Positions 9,577 through 18,036 of a stretch of 31,660 nucleotides of DNA are shown here, piece by piece. This stretch comes from Oligoflexia bacterium. GTDB lineage: Bacteria; Bdellovibrionota; Bdellovibrionia; JABDDW01. The notes beneath the pieces are model-generated. The model worked only from the letters and a program-made list of their open reading frames with translations. It searched no databases and was not told the origin of the DNA. Position numbers and translations under genes: made by a program. Where the stretch lies: assembly GCA_043732305.1 (NCBI GenBank), contig JAYTHU010000113.1, positions 1-31,660 on the forward strand. Reading direction: 5' to 3'. The number at the start of each line of letters is the position of its first letter. The first letter of the stretch is position 1.

Positions 9577-10035
9577 AGAGCTACCTCATTCCATAGTTGA
9601 TAAATTGACCCACAAATTTAGATAACATCGCTTGCTACATACCCTAAGTTAGATCTTGCTCGATCACCAAGGAAAATTGTAAATAATAAAAAGAAGAATT
9701 GTGGTCGATTCACCTTCCCCAAATTTCTAAACTTTTGAAGATGTTCATTAAACAAATGGTTTTAAATAAGATTCCGCTCGAGATTGAACTGGCTTTGAGA
9801 GTTTCCGTGGTTCCTTGAGCGATAAAGTTCGCTTTTCAAGCTAAACCCAATCTGGTTCGCGAGCTGGGTAGCAAAGTTTGCCGTGAAATACCCAAGTGCC
9901 TGTTGTTAATTTATTTTTTGGAGTTACCCACCACAGAAAGACAAGAACCATTTTCTATTCTAGAGGCATTTGGAATGGATGGGTCAGTCTACCATGAGCT
10001 AACCCATTAACAGTCCAACAGTTTTCAGCACCGAC

Positions 10036-10062
10036 GCTACCAATTGCTACCACGCGCTATCA
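10036..10062 (+). repeat. Three phased heptamers GCTA(C/T)CA with 10-bp period; candidate integrase arm-type sites
   Basis: GCTACCA at 10036, GCTACCA at 10046, GCTATCA at 10056, directly beyond the integrase remnant stop. Confidence 0.6.
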
Positions 10063-10063
10063 A

Positions 10064-10530
10064 CTACTTTCTCCTCGATGAATAGACGTTATCCAGCATT
10101 TCTTCGATCTGAGGGACCTCAATTCTGAGATCCTCCGTTGCTCCCTCAATATCCGTAAGCGCTCCATCGCGCCCATCTTTTCAGCTTTCTTTTTTATGGC
10201 ATGATAGAGGATTTGGCGGGCTCAGGAGAAGTTCGGTGAGTCTTTCGTAGTCATCTGCAGTCTTGGTTGGTCCTTCGCCATTGTACCAGTCCAGGCTTTG
10301 CTGATGTTGATCTTGCCAGTGACAAGGTCAACGTCGGTCCACCTGAGGCTGTACAATTCACCGGAACGCATTCCAGTGAGAAGGGCAAGGGTCCAATGGG
10401 GAAAAAACCTGTGTTCTGTGTTTCTCGCCTCTCTCAGCAAAATATCAATTTCATTTCTGTTGAGAATGGCTTGATTGACTTCACCACACCTAACTCGAAT
10501 TCCTACGGCTGGGACATTTGTAAGTGAGCT
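10064..10530 (-). pseudogene. Tyrosine recombinase/integrase remnant
   Basis: ILNRNEIDILL...LALLTGMRSGELYSLRWTDVDLVTGKINISKAWT (box I with catalytic Arg); frameshift to YNGEGPTKTA; then C-terminal DIEGATEDLRIEVPQIEEMLDNVYSSRRK*. The N-terminus and the HxxR/Tyr region are missing. Confidence 0.85.
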
Positions 10531-10616
10531 AGACCTTTGAGTTAAAGACAGCTCTCCCCGCCCTTCGCTATTGTTTTTGTATGAAGAAAGGCAACAACAA
10601 AGGAGGAGAGAGTTGG

Positions 10617-10656
10617 ACTGCGGGCAGCTGGGCTTGGTGAAGCTGGCGCGGAACCA
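10617..10656 (+). repeat. 40-bp conserved motif, copy 2
   Basis: ACTGCGGGCAGCTGGGCTTGGTGAAGCTGGCGCGGAACCA; 37/40 identical to 7057-7096. Confidence 0.9.
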
Positions 10657-10687
10657 GTCTAAATAAGGAGATGTACTTAGAATTAGG

Positions 10688-10730
10688 CATTGAATAATTC
10701 ATTGAATTATTCAATGAGCTCTGTTATCAT
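10688..10730 (+). promoter_or_regulatory. Sigma70-type promoter of the TA operon overlapped by a 29-bp palindromic operator
   Basis: Palindrome CATTGAATAATTCA-T-TGAATTATTCAATG (10688-10716); -35 TTGAAT (10702-10707), 17 bp, extended -10 TGn-TATCAT (10725-10730); SD TAAGGAG at 10735-10741. Confidence 0.75.
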
Positions 10731-10747
10731 ATTCTAAGGAGTGGGAC

Positions 10748-10993
10748 TTGAATCAACACCAACACATTCTTTCGAGTTTGGAGGAGGGGACCTATTTGGT
10801 AACCTTGCATGCACGTAGAAGAATGGCTGAAAGGAATATCGCTCATTCCGACATTCGCGAGTGTGCGCGAACTGGCAAAATATATGATCAGGCAGATGGG
10901 AAATTTAAGGTTAATGGCTCTGACTGTGATGGCTATGAGATAAGTATAATTTGCGTTGAAGATAATGGCGTTTTAGTTGTCACAGTTTTCTAA
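10748..10993 (+). CDS. DUF4258-family putative type II toxin
   Basis: TLHARRRMAERNIAHSDI...G...VLVVTVF pattern typical of DUF4258; TTG start with strong SD; lies upstream of an HTH gene. Confidence 0.8.
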   Translation: MNQHQHILSSLEEGTYLVTLHARRRMAERNIAHSDIRECARTGKIYDQADGKFKVNGSDCDGYEISIICVEDNGVLVVTVF

Positions 10994-11005
10994 AAGGAGA
11001 GTTGA

Positions 11006-11416
11006 GTGAAAAAATGGAAAGAAAATCTCGATGGTCTAGTAGCGCTAGATTATATTCATTTTACTAGCGTTCCAATGAAGGATTCCAAACATGGACCTGT
11101 GATTGATCTTGCACCCGAAGTTTTAGATCGCTTAGCAGCGATGGCTGTGATCATTGAGCGTATTCCTCTCAGGGGACTTGAGGTGAAATTTTTAAGAAAA
11201 GCATCTGGACTTTCTCTTGAGAAATTTGCAAATAAGATTGGTTTGACCTCGGGTACAGTTTTTCATTGGGAAAAAGCCGAGGAACAACGGCTTACTCCTG
11301 TGAATGAAGCTGCGGTGAGAGCCTTGCTTGCGGAAGAATTGGGCATTGATATTTCTGGTAAGTTTTCTCAGCTTCTGGGAGACCGGCATCATGACATTGA
11401 TGTCAAAGCGAGTTGA
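11006..11416 (+). CDS. XRE/MqsA-like HTH antitoxin
   Basis: LRGLEVKFLRKASGLSLEKFANKIGLTSGTVFHWEK HTH; AAGGAG SD; 12 bp after the toxin. Confidence 0.8.
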   Translation: MKKWKENLDGLVALDYIHFTSVPMKDSKHGPVIDLAPEVLDRLAAMAVIIERIPLRGLEVKFLRKASGLSLEKFANKIGLTSGTVFHWEKAEEQRLTPVNEAAVRALLAEELGIDISGKFSQLLGDRHHDIDVKAS

Positions 11417-11697
11417 TTAAGATCTGCCTACTGAAGTTTGGTTTCCTTGGCTAAAGAAAAGCACAATAAATAATTAAAATTCTGATCTGAACAAAAGATG
11501 CCTCGTACGAGACGCCGGACGTCTTCAGAATCAAAAGTCATAATATTAATTAAACCGAATCAGTTTATAACCAAGAGATTTAGATCGGGGAATGGTCTCA
11601 ATCAAAACCTTCGTTTACATTTTGGTTTTTTGATTGGTAAAGATCTATAGTTGCCTTTGAAGACGGAGTTTTTATTTTGTATATAGTTTGTCCGTAA

Positions 11698-11889
11698 CTA
11701 TCTAGGTAATCCTCCAGATGGCCTGATGGGACTCAGAGCAAAGATCATTGGATGTGGCACAAGTAAGAGCTTGCGAGCCTCGTCCTGAATTAACATCTGT
11801 CTTGACGAGTCTCGACTGTCCATTGAATCCAACTTGTTGACCACGACGACGGCCAACGCGGCAAATGCGATCACAGAAAGGTATTTCAA
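11698..11889 (-). CDS. Small membrane/exported protein, last gene of the transfer operon (possibly degenerate)
   Basis: AGGAG SD then TTG at 11889: MKYLSVIAFAALAVVVVNKLDSMDSRDSSRQMLIQDEARK..., abutting the lipoprotein stop. Confidence 0.45.
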   Translation of the reverse strand: MKYLSVIAFAALAVVVVNKLDSMDSRDSSRQMLIQDEARKLLLVPHPMIFALSPIRPSGGLPR

Positions 11890-11890
11890 A

Positions 11891-12298
11891 TTATTTATCT
11901 CCTGTTTGATTATTTTGTTTTCGATTTGATTGATCATTAAAAATTGATGAGCCCCGTTGGCTTGCACCCGAGCCAGAATCATTTTGATAGCCTGGGCTTG
12001 AATTAAATCCAGTGACGCCGAACTTCTCTAAATTGAAAAGGGTGTCTTGTCTGACTTGGGCATCACGATCTTCAATACCCTGATGGGTGAAGTAACCCGC
12101 GATACCTCCGATGACGGCCATGCCGAGCGCGCCGTACATGGCGCCCTGGCCGCGATCTTGACTGTTAAGCATTGCCCCGCTAGCAGCGCCGAGTGCTGCT
12201 CCGGTTCCAATTCCTAGAAACGTGGACTTTGTGGCTGTCGCACAGCCACTCATTAATATACAAACCAAACTTGCACATACCATCTGTCTTTTACTTAT
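11891..12298 (-). CDS. Glycine-zipper lipoprotein (T4SS-associated)
   Basis: Lipobox LMSG-C; GxxxG zipper GIGTGAALGAASGA...GALGMAVIGGIAGY. AAGGAG SD lies 6 nt before an in-frame ATA at 12298; the first ATG is at 12283. Confidence 0.75.
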   Translation of the reverse strand: MSKRQMVCASLVCILMSGCATATKSTFLGIGTGAALGAASGAMLNSQDRGQGAMYGALGMAVIGGIAGYFTHQGIEDRDAQVRQDTLFNLEKFGVTGFNSSPGYQNDSGSGASQRGSSIFNDQSNRKQNNQTGDK

Positions 12299-12528
12299 AG
12301 AATTCTCCTTGAATAAAATTTTTATTTCTCCTTAGTCCAAGCCGGTTCATAAGCCATGATCCCCAAAGCTTATTCCCTCAACTTCACCTCATACTGTCAT
12401 TCCCATCTCGTCTTCCGCGCCCAAATACGTCAATCAACTGATGCCAACACAAAATGCGCTATATCCCTGACTCCCCCTCAAAAGCGCCTCGCCGGTTTCT
12501 GTAGTTTCCATAACTTAGCTGACGTTTG

Positions 12529-12560
12529 GGTACTATACGTATAGGACCTGAATAGGACCC
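12529..12560. other. Palindrome plus direct repeat downstream of the relaxase-like gene; candidate oriT element
   Basis: GGTACTATAC|GTATAGGACC near-perfect palindrome with perfect core CTATACGTATAG (12533-12544); ATAGGACC repeated at 12541 and 12552. Confidence 0.4.
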
Positions 12561-12572
12561 TCGATGGACGAG

Positions 12573-13325
12573 TCAACTCATCTCAAAACAACCATTATTG
12601 CGGTTAAGAAATGTCAAAACAAAATCTTCATTTTTCATTTTTTGAAATTGGCAAATGAAAATTTTAGGATTCAGTTTTGCTGCAACAATCTGTTCTGCCT
12701 GGCGAATGGCTGACTCAATTTCGGCTGTGGTGCAAACGTAAAAAACCGCGTTTATCTTAGAGGATAGATAGTAGTCCCGAAGTTTTCTTACATATCGCGA
12801 TACGCTCTTGGGACTGCTTTCAAATTCAAACGCTACGTTGATTTTGCCGATCTTGGTGTCCAGAACCAGAGCCGCGTCGGAATTTAGTAGAACAAACGGT
12901 CTAAATTCTTCCGACTCCTGAAATTGTCCACAGGCTTGTAGAACATTTTCTGGAAAGTAGCCCGCCACCATTTTTATTTTTTTAAGGCGCTTTCTCAAAT
13001 CCATAAGACATAAATCATGAACAATTGAATCACTTTTGCAGATAGGGTTTGTCACTGGAAGCGGATAAACTTTGGCGACCACTTTCAACCCCTTTTCATT
13101 CAAGCCATAAATTGCTCTCAACTTGTTTTGATGGAGTCCTCCAGTTTTTGTTAGATAACCAGCTCTGTACAAAATTTCGAGACGATTGTGAACAGTCGGT
13201 TGACGGCAACCTTTAAAAAAGTTCTCGCCAATTTGCTCCCTTGTTGCCACTCTATGCTCGAAGATAAGTTGCAAGATCGAAATATCCCGCTGGCTCAAAA
13301 TTACCCGTGGATTCCTTCGACTCAA
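12573..13325 (-). CDS. Replication-relaxation family protein (MOBC-like putative relaxase)
   Basis: N-terminal wHTH RDISILQLIFEHRVATREQI; HDL motif; PD-(D/E)xK-like SDAAL...AFEFESSPKS..RY..KLRDY; TTGA overlap with the FtsK gene. Confidence 0.8.
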   Translation of the reverse strand: MSRRNPRVILSQRDISILQLIFEHRVATREQIGENFFKGCRQPTVHNRLEILYRAGYLTKTGGLHQNKLRAIYGLNEKGLKVVAKVYPLPVTNPICKSDSIVHDLCLMDLRKRLKKIKMVAGYFPENVLQACGQFQESEEFRPFVLLNSDAALVLDTKIGKINVAFEFESSPKSVSRYVRKLRDYYLSSKINAVFYVCTTAEIESAIRQAEQIVAAKLNPKIFICQFQKMKNEDFVLTFLNRNNGCFEMS

Positions 13326-14827
13326 TCGGTTTTTTTGACAGTCACAAGAGTATTGATGTTCGTATCTGCCTCTTTGTTTTCAATTGAAACGTCCAGCATC
13401 GGGCCAAAACATCTACCTTCATCGCCCGCCATTTTTTCTGCCAAGACTTTGCATTCTATATCAAGTTCCTCCTCTGAAAGAAACGGCGTCTGAACTTCAA
13501 GAAATTTATTCCCACCATTCCAAATGGCCCGACCTTTAATATCGGGAAGTGCGTAAGCATCAACATTTCCGAGGGCCGTGTTAGAGCCCGCGTGGGTGGA
13601 CATCTTAAATGCAATTCGACCATTTAGATTTTCAAGGGTCTTAGTATCCAGAGACTCTTTTACGGCCTTTTGAGTCGCCATAATGATATGAATGGCAGCG
13701 GCTCTGGCAAGTTTTGCCAATTCGTCGGTCAGCTCTCGGGCTTCAGCTACTATTTCTTTTTTAGAGCTTTGGCTTGAGACCTTGCCATACAAGACCGACG
13801 CTTCATCAACCGCGAGTACAATCAAATCCATTTTATGAACAGAGGGTTCAATTCTCTTGATTCCCTTTTGCTCCATGAAAACAAAACGCCTGTGCATTTC
13901 TTCTCGGATCTTCTTTAATACTTGAACGGCCTCCATCTCATCTTTTGCCACTCGTACATTGGGAAGCTGGCTAAATTCTTTCACCTCAACGCCGCGCTTG
14001 AGGTCAATTAAATACATCTGCATTCGCGGAGAGGTTCTTAATAAGCACACAAGTAACTGGCGAAAGAAAAAACTTTTCCCGCCGCCGGTGCTACCTGCAA
14101 TTAGCAAGTGGGGAAGCTCTCGCAGTTCTTGAACGATAAGACCAAAGACAGATTCTCCGACGACAAAGGAATATGGCTTTTTCAGTAGTGCCACAACTTC
14201 GCCAAAATGGAGCATCCTGGTAAGTTCTTTTTTGCATAAAAGAATGCTAATGGTCTGCCGATCTGCCGATGCGGTCACACCCTCTACAATTTGACCAAAA
14301 GAGAATTCAAGGTCCCCACGCTTGGCTTCAAATTTATCAACGCCGATACCTTTGCACTTAATAATGAGCTTTGATTTGCTCTCGTTTATGGCTATTGCAT
14401 GGACTACCTTTGGCGTTTTCCCTTGGGCATTACGCAAGCCTACGGTGTCCAGGTCCTTTTGAAACCGGCGGCGCTGGAAATACAGCCTCACACCCATGGC
14501 CATAAGCCCGCCCCACGAAGTCAAAACTAGTAGCAAAACAAAGTGCCAGGCACGCGCAAACCTTCTCAAAAAGATAACGACCGTTGGCGTGAATGCCGAG
14601 GGCCAAATGAAATGCAGACACTTCAAATAGGCATAGTCACCAAACGTAATTGCAAAAATCACCAAGAAAATGGACGCTGCAACAATTAAAAACTCCTCCG
14701 AGCGAAACTTGATTTGCTTAAAGCCGGTCCATGCAAGACCACCACTCCAACATAAAATCTTAAAAATACCCTTAAAGAACTGACCAGAATTTCCGCCGCT
14801 CTTTGCAGTATTATTTTCCATTGCCAC
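13322..14827 (-). CDS. FtsK/SpoIIIE-family ATPase with N-terminal TM helices (TcpA-like coupling protein)
   Basis: PHLLIAGSTGGGKS (Walker A), IDLKRGVE, LAVDEAS (Walker B), RAAAIHIIMATQK, IKGRAI. Confidence 0.9.
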   Translation of the reverse strand: MAMENNTAKSGGNSGQFFKGIFKILCWSGGLAWTGFKQIKFRSEEFLIVAASIFLVIFAITFGDYAYLKCLHFIWPSAFTPTVVIFLRRFARAWHFVLLLVLTSWGGLMAMGVRLYFQRRRFQKDLDTVGLRNAQGKTPKVVHAIAINESKSKLIIKCKGIGVDKFEAKRGDLEFSFGQIVEGVTASADRQTISILLCKKELTRMLHFGEVVALLKKPYSFVVGESVFGLIVQELRELPHLLIAGSTGGGKSFFFRQLLVCLLRTSPRMQMYLIDLKRGVEVKEFSQLPNVRVAKDEMEAVQVLKKIREEMHRRFVFMEQKGIKRIEPSVHKMDLIVLAVDEASVLYGKVSSQSSKKEIVAEARELTDELAKLARAAAIHIIMATQKAVKESLDTKTLENLNGRIAFKMSTHAGSNTALGNVDAYALPDIKGRAIWNGGNKFLEVQTPFLSEEELDIECKVLAEKMAGDEGRCFGPMLDVSIENKEADTNINTLVTVKKTD

Positions 14828-15734
14828 TGCGGTAACCTCCAGTGAGAGAAATAATCACGTCGCTGCCCTCGGAGACAGTCACATAGTCGGGAATCTGGGC
14901 CAGTTTTTCGGCCTGGCGATTGGCCTGCATTTCAGTGACTTTAGAAAGCCCGTTGTAAACCCCATTTTTTAGCGTCGCTTTGGGCGTCGATTCAAAAGAG
15001 TTTCCGAGTCCTTCTTTCTCAACCATGATCTCAGACATACCGCTGACCATTGAGAGCCCCACAACCGAGGCCATTTGGCTGCCAGTGTTGTTGTGAAAGT
15101 CACCTATGATACCAGGGGCGTAATCTTTGCTACTCAAGCCCCGAGCTTGCAGGACAATCTCTTGGCCGTCGGGAAGTAACCCGTGATCAAAGGTCAAATA
15201 GACACGTTCGTCGTGACCTGGGTAACTCACTTGGCCAAACAAAATCGTTGCCGGTGGAAATGCGCCGTTGCCATTTTTATCACTACCTCCGTAAAGCAGA
15301 GTCACTTGCACCGTTTGAGGCGATCTAGTGTCGATGCCGGTGAGGAGTTTTCCGATAAAGCTTGTCCCTATACTGATTTGATCCGCACCTTCTCCAGGGG
15401 TGATCACCTGCTTGGCTTTGTACTTAACCACTATTCCTCTGCCGGAACCTTTCGTGGGCCTTTGAGGTCCGTGACTGCCGACGCCACCCAAACCAGGGGA
15501 TGATTCTGGCCCAGGTTTTGACGGTGGAGTTTGCGATTTTACGAGCGGAGCATCGCTATGCTTGATCGAACTGTCATCTTCTTTAAAAAAAATAGCAGGA
15601 ACCAGTGAACCCGCAATCCCCAACGACATCGCCGCCACTGTTAAAATAGCCACGTTCTTCTTATTGATAACATTTTTTCCGCCCTCTTCTCGCAACAGAA
15701 ATTTCTTAAACCATCCTTTGATTCGAGAAATCAT
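14811..15734 (-). CDS. TrbI/VirB10-like T4SS core protein
   Basis: Single TM helix, Pro/Gly-rich linker, beta-rich domain ISIGTSFIGKLLTGID...FPPATILFG...RVYLTFD..LLPDG...GIIGD; position in the operon. Confidence 0.75.
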   Translation of the reverse strand: MISRIKGWFKKFLLREEGGKNVINKKNVAILTVAAMSLGIAGSLVPAIFFKEDDSSIKHSDAPLVKSQTPPSKPGPESSPGLGGVGSHGPQRPTKGSGRGIVVKYKAKQVITPGEGADQISIGTSFIGKLLTGIDTRSPQTVQVTLLYGGSDKNGNGAFPPATILFGQVSYPGHDERVYLTFDHGLLPDGQEIVLQARGLSSKDYAPGIIGDFHNNTGSQMASVVGLSMVSGMSEIMVEKEGLGNSFESTPKATLKNGVYNGLSKVTEMQANRQAEKLAQIPDYVTVSEGSDVIISLTGGYRSGNGK

Positions 15735-16468
15735 AGAAATTTACCAGCAACAGTTTGTTGAACTTCGACTTTCTTTAAACGTAAATTCATCGAAAAACTT
15801 TTTTGCTTGGGTAAATTCACAAACAAGCGTCCATAGGTAGTTTTGCCGGAGCTCACTGTCTTATCTTTGAGAACAAACTCCTGCGGCGAAAACTTGATCT
15901 TTTGACCACTTGCTGAAACTTTCAAATCCTCAAGGGAAACTGCGTTCAGGCTTGGATTTTGAAAACCCAAGTCAATGATATAAAAATCTCGCTTCTCGAA
16001 ACGCTGTATTTTCAAAACGGCCACATTCAACTTCACCAATTTAAAAATCAAATTGGGCCTGGAAACCTCGTGAATCACAGACGAAGGAGACGAAGCAAAG
16101 CCCATTGTAGACGCGGCCTCTTTCCACCGGACTTGAACAAGATCGTCATAGGCTCCTTGCCCAGTATTCTTGAGTAAAAATCCGTAGACACTCTTTGTCC
16201 CATATACAAACAAGTTTGTGGCAACAGCCCCCTGGGGTTGAATGGCCACATCGTTGTCAATGAACTCAATGGAATAATAATTTGAATTTCCGAGAACTAC
16301 TTTCTTGGGCTTCTCAGGAAACCGGAGCACCGTGGATTCACCCATGCGCAAATTGATCGGAGCCATGGTGGTACTATCAATATAGATTGTTCGCACCGTT
16401 CCTGCCCAGAGCTGCTCAGATTGAATGAGTAAGCAAAGAACAGAGACCAACCAGAATTTAAAACTTAT
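15731..16468 (-). CDS. TrbG/VirB9-like secreted T4SS protein
   Basis: Signal peptide (SFKFWLVSVLCLLIQSEQLWA); INLRMGESTVLRFPEKPKKVVLGN...TNLFVYG VirB9/TraK-like N-domain. GAGGGG SD lies 7 nt before an in-frame ATA at 16468. Confidence 0.7.
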   Translation of the reverse strand: MSFKFWLVSVLCLLIQSEQLWAGTVRTIYIDSTTMAPINLRMGESTVLRFPEKPKKVVLGNSNYYSIEFIDNDVAIQPQGAVATNLFVYGTKSVYGFLLKNTGQGAYDDLVQVRWKEAASTMGFASSPSSVIHEVSRPNLIFKLVKLNVAVLKIQRFEKRDFYIIDLGFQNPSLNAVSLEDLKVSASGQKIKFSPQEFVLKDKTVSSGKTTYGRLFVNLPKQKSFSMNLRLKKVEVQQTVAGKFL

Positions 16469-16469
16469 A

Positions 16470-17066
16470 CTATTTCCCCTCGTGGAAAGTTTCACCGTTG
16501 ACGTAAAGTCCGAGTGGATTCCATTCGGAGGCAGATCCACGAGCTAAATCAAATGAAACTTGAGTGGGAACGATCAACGGAATTCCGTCTACATGCAAAA
16601 CCACATCAAAAATAGCAACGGTCGCGTCTTTTGTTACCTGAACGGAAAGTCCTGAAACGTCTTGCTTGATGGTTTTACCTAAAAACTGCTTTTCTTTGCG
16701 CTGTTTTAAAAGAGAAAATTCCTTGGCCTTAAACCCATCAGTTACAAGTGGTGCAATGTCTTGAGTAATTTTATCCGGCTCAAGGGCGCTCCACTGATAA
16801 GAAAGCTTCACATACTTCTCAATAAATCTTTTGATTCCGGCCTCGTTTAACTCCACATTTGCTCGATGACCCTGAAAATAAAAATAATCATCACCTGTGG
16901 CCATGGCCACAATAGGTTTGCGACTTGCCATCATCATGCAGAGACACGTCAATAAAACGCAGACAGCCGCAAGAGCTACCCCCGCTGCTTTATAAATGAA
17001 AAGTAGACGATTGAGCGCACTCCATTGATTCAAAACATTACTTTCTGTTGTTTCTTTCGGTTGCAA
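16470..17066 (-). CDS. VirB8/TraE-like bitopic T4SS protein
   Basis: One N-terminal TM helix; IKRFIEKYVKLSYQW; C-terminal NPLGLYV hallmark of VirB8-like proteins; AAGGAG SD with TTG start. Confidence 0.8.
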   Translation of the reverse strand: MQPKETTESNVLNQWSALNRLLFIYKAAGVALAAVCVLLTCLCMMMASRKPIVAMATGDDYFYFQGHRANVELNEAGIKRFIEKYVKLSYQWSALEPDKITQDIAPLVTDGFKAKEFSLLKQRKEKQFLGKTIKQDVSGLSVQVTKDATVAIFDVVLHVDGIPLIVPTQVSFDLARGSASEWNPLGLYVNGETFHEGK

Positions 17067-18033
17067 ATTTCTTTCTCCTTTCTTTTTTTATTAATTCTTT
17101 CGCCGAATCGGGAAGACCGGCTTCAGAATATTTGTTTGCGAAATTCTTTAAATGCGGATGCACTCGGCTGGCAAAAACTTTGGCCCTTCCTGAAATGGGA
17201 TTGGTTAGTGGTTTAGCTAAAAATCCAGCGGCCCCCAATGCTCCACCGGCCATTTTTGCTCCGTGCATTTTGGTCGCTACCATCGCAGCTTTCGCAAACA
17301 TCAATCCAGGTGCCGCCGCAAGAGCAGAAGACGCTGATTGCAAGCCGTCACCCAAAAGTGATTTCGTAAAAATTGGGATGAGCAGCATACAAATACCAAT
17401 GAGTAAATTCATCACCATGGATAAAATGTAATCATCTGCACCCGTGACCTCTGGATTGAGAGCAAGCTTGAGCAAAAGTGACCCGAGAAGCGTCCACAAA
17501 ATTTTCCAAGTCGCAACGCTAATGAGTCCTCTATAAAGATTGCCGACAATTCCAGCGGTGGATCTGGGGATGTAGCAAAGAAGCATCAGGGGCGCACAGA
17601 TATACAAAATTGCCCAGACAAAGTGCATAAGTGCAATGGATGAAAAAAATCCGATATAGGCAATCAAGTAAGCACCGATCGAAAAGAAGTAAATGATATG
17701 CCCTCGCAAATCAAAAAGACTTCCGCCGCTTTCACCTTGGGAGTTCGGCCCAAGATGCTTGATTTCGTCCCACAATGTCTGAGTCTGATCTATTTTGGAT
17801 GTGATACCGTCGCTCAACATCGCAATCAGATTGATGACTGTGCTGAACGACAACAAAAGCAATATCGAAATGACCGTCCGTCTCAAAAGGTCGTTGATGT
17901 TCGGCTGTTGATCAGAACTTTTGAGCAATTCAAAGACAACCAAAAGAGCCACCAGAGGAGGGAGAAGGGTCCAGTAAATACCGACCATCTCCCCATTGAG
18001 GCTCTTTGCATACAGATTTAAATTATCAAACAT
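17038..18033 (-). CDS. VirB6/TrbL-like polytopic membrane protein
   Basis: About six hydrophobic segments, ILYICAPLMLLCYIP motif, Ala/Gly-rich C-terminal tail; sits between B5-like and B8-like genes. Confidence 0.75.
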   Translation of the reverse strand: MFDNLNLYAKSLNGEMVGIYWTLLPPLVALLVVFELLKSSDQQPNINDLLRRTVISILLLLSFSTVINLIAMLSDGITSKIDQTQTLWDEIKHLGPNSQGESGGSLFDLRGHIIYFFSIGAYLIAYIGFFSSIALMHFVWAILYICAPLMLLCYIPRSTAGIVGNLYRGLISVATWKILWTLLGSLLLKLALNPEVTGADDYILSMVMNLLIGICMLLIPIFTKSLLGDGLQSASSALAAAPGLMFAKAAMVATKMHGAKMAGGALGAAGFLAKPLTNPISGRAKVFASRVHPHLKNFANKYSEAGLPDSAKELIKKERRKKFATERNNRK

Positions 18034-18036
18034 CGG

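Noticed and set aside
9810..9900. Hairpin-rich stretch with GGCAAAC on the minus strand, considered as a c-di-GMP-I riboswitch
   Set aside because: Lacks the GAAA tetraloop and GACGCAAAGC elements; only short, unremarkable stems.
9981..10006. Minus-strand TGGGTTAGCTCATGGTAGACTGACC resembling a tRNA D-arm
   Set aside because: No anticodon or T arm follows and no cloverleaf can be built; not called as a tRNA.
7057..10656. 40-bp repeats considered as CRISPR repeats
   Set aside because: Only two copies 3.5 kb apart, with no spacers and no cas genes.
12356..12544. 62-aa plus-strand ORF in the oriT candidate gap
   Set aside because: Antisense to the operon, with no SD and no recognisable features.
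16469..16540. Upstream start of the VirB9-like ORF at 16540
   Set aside because: It lies inside the conserved VirB8 C-terminus and adds a non-signal prefix; the SD points to 16468.
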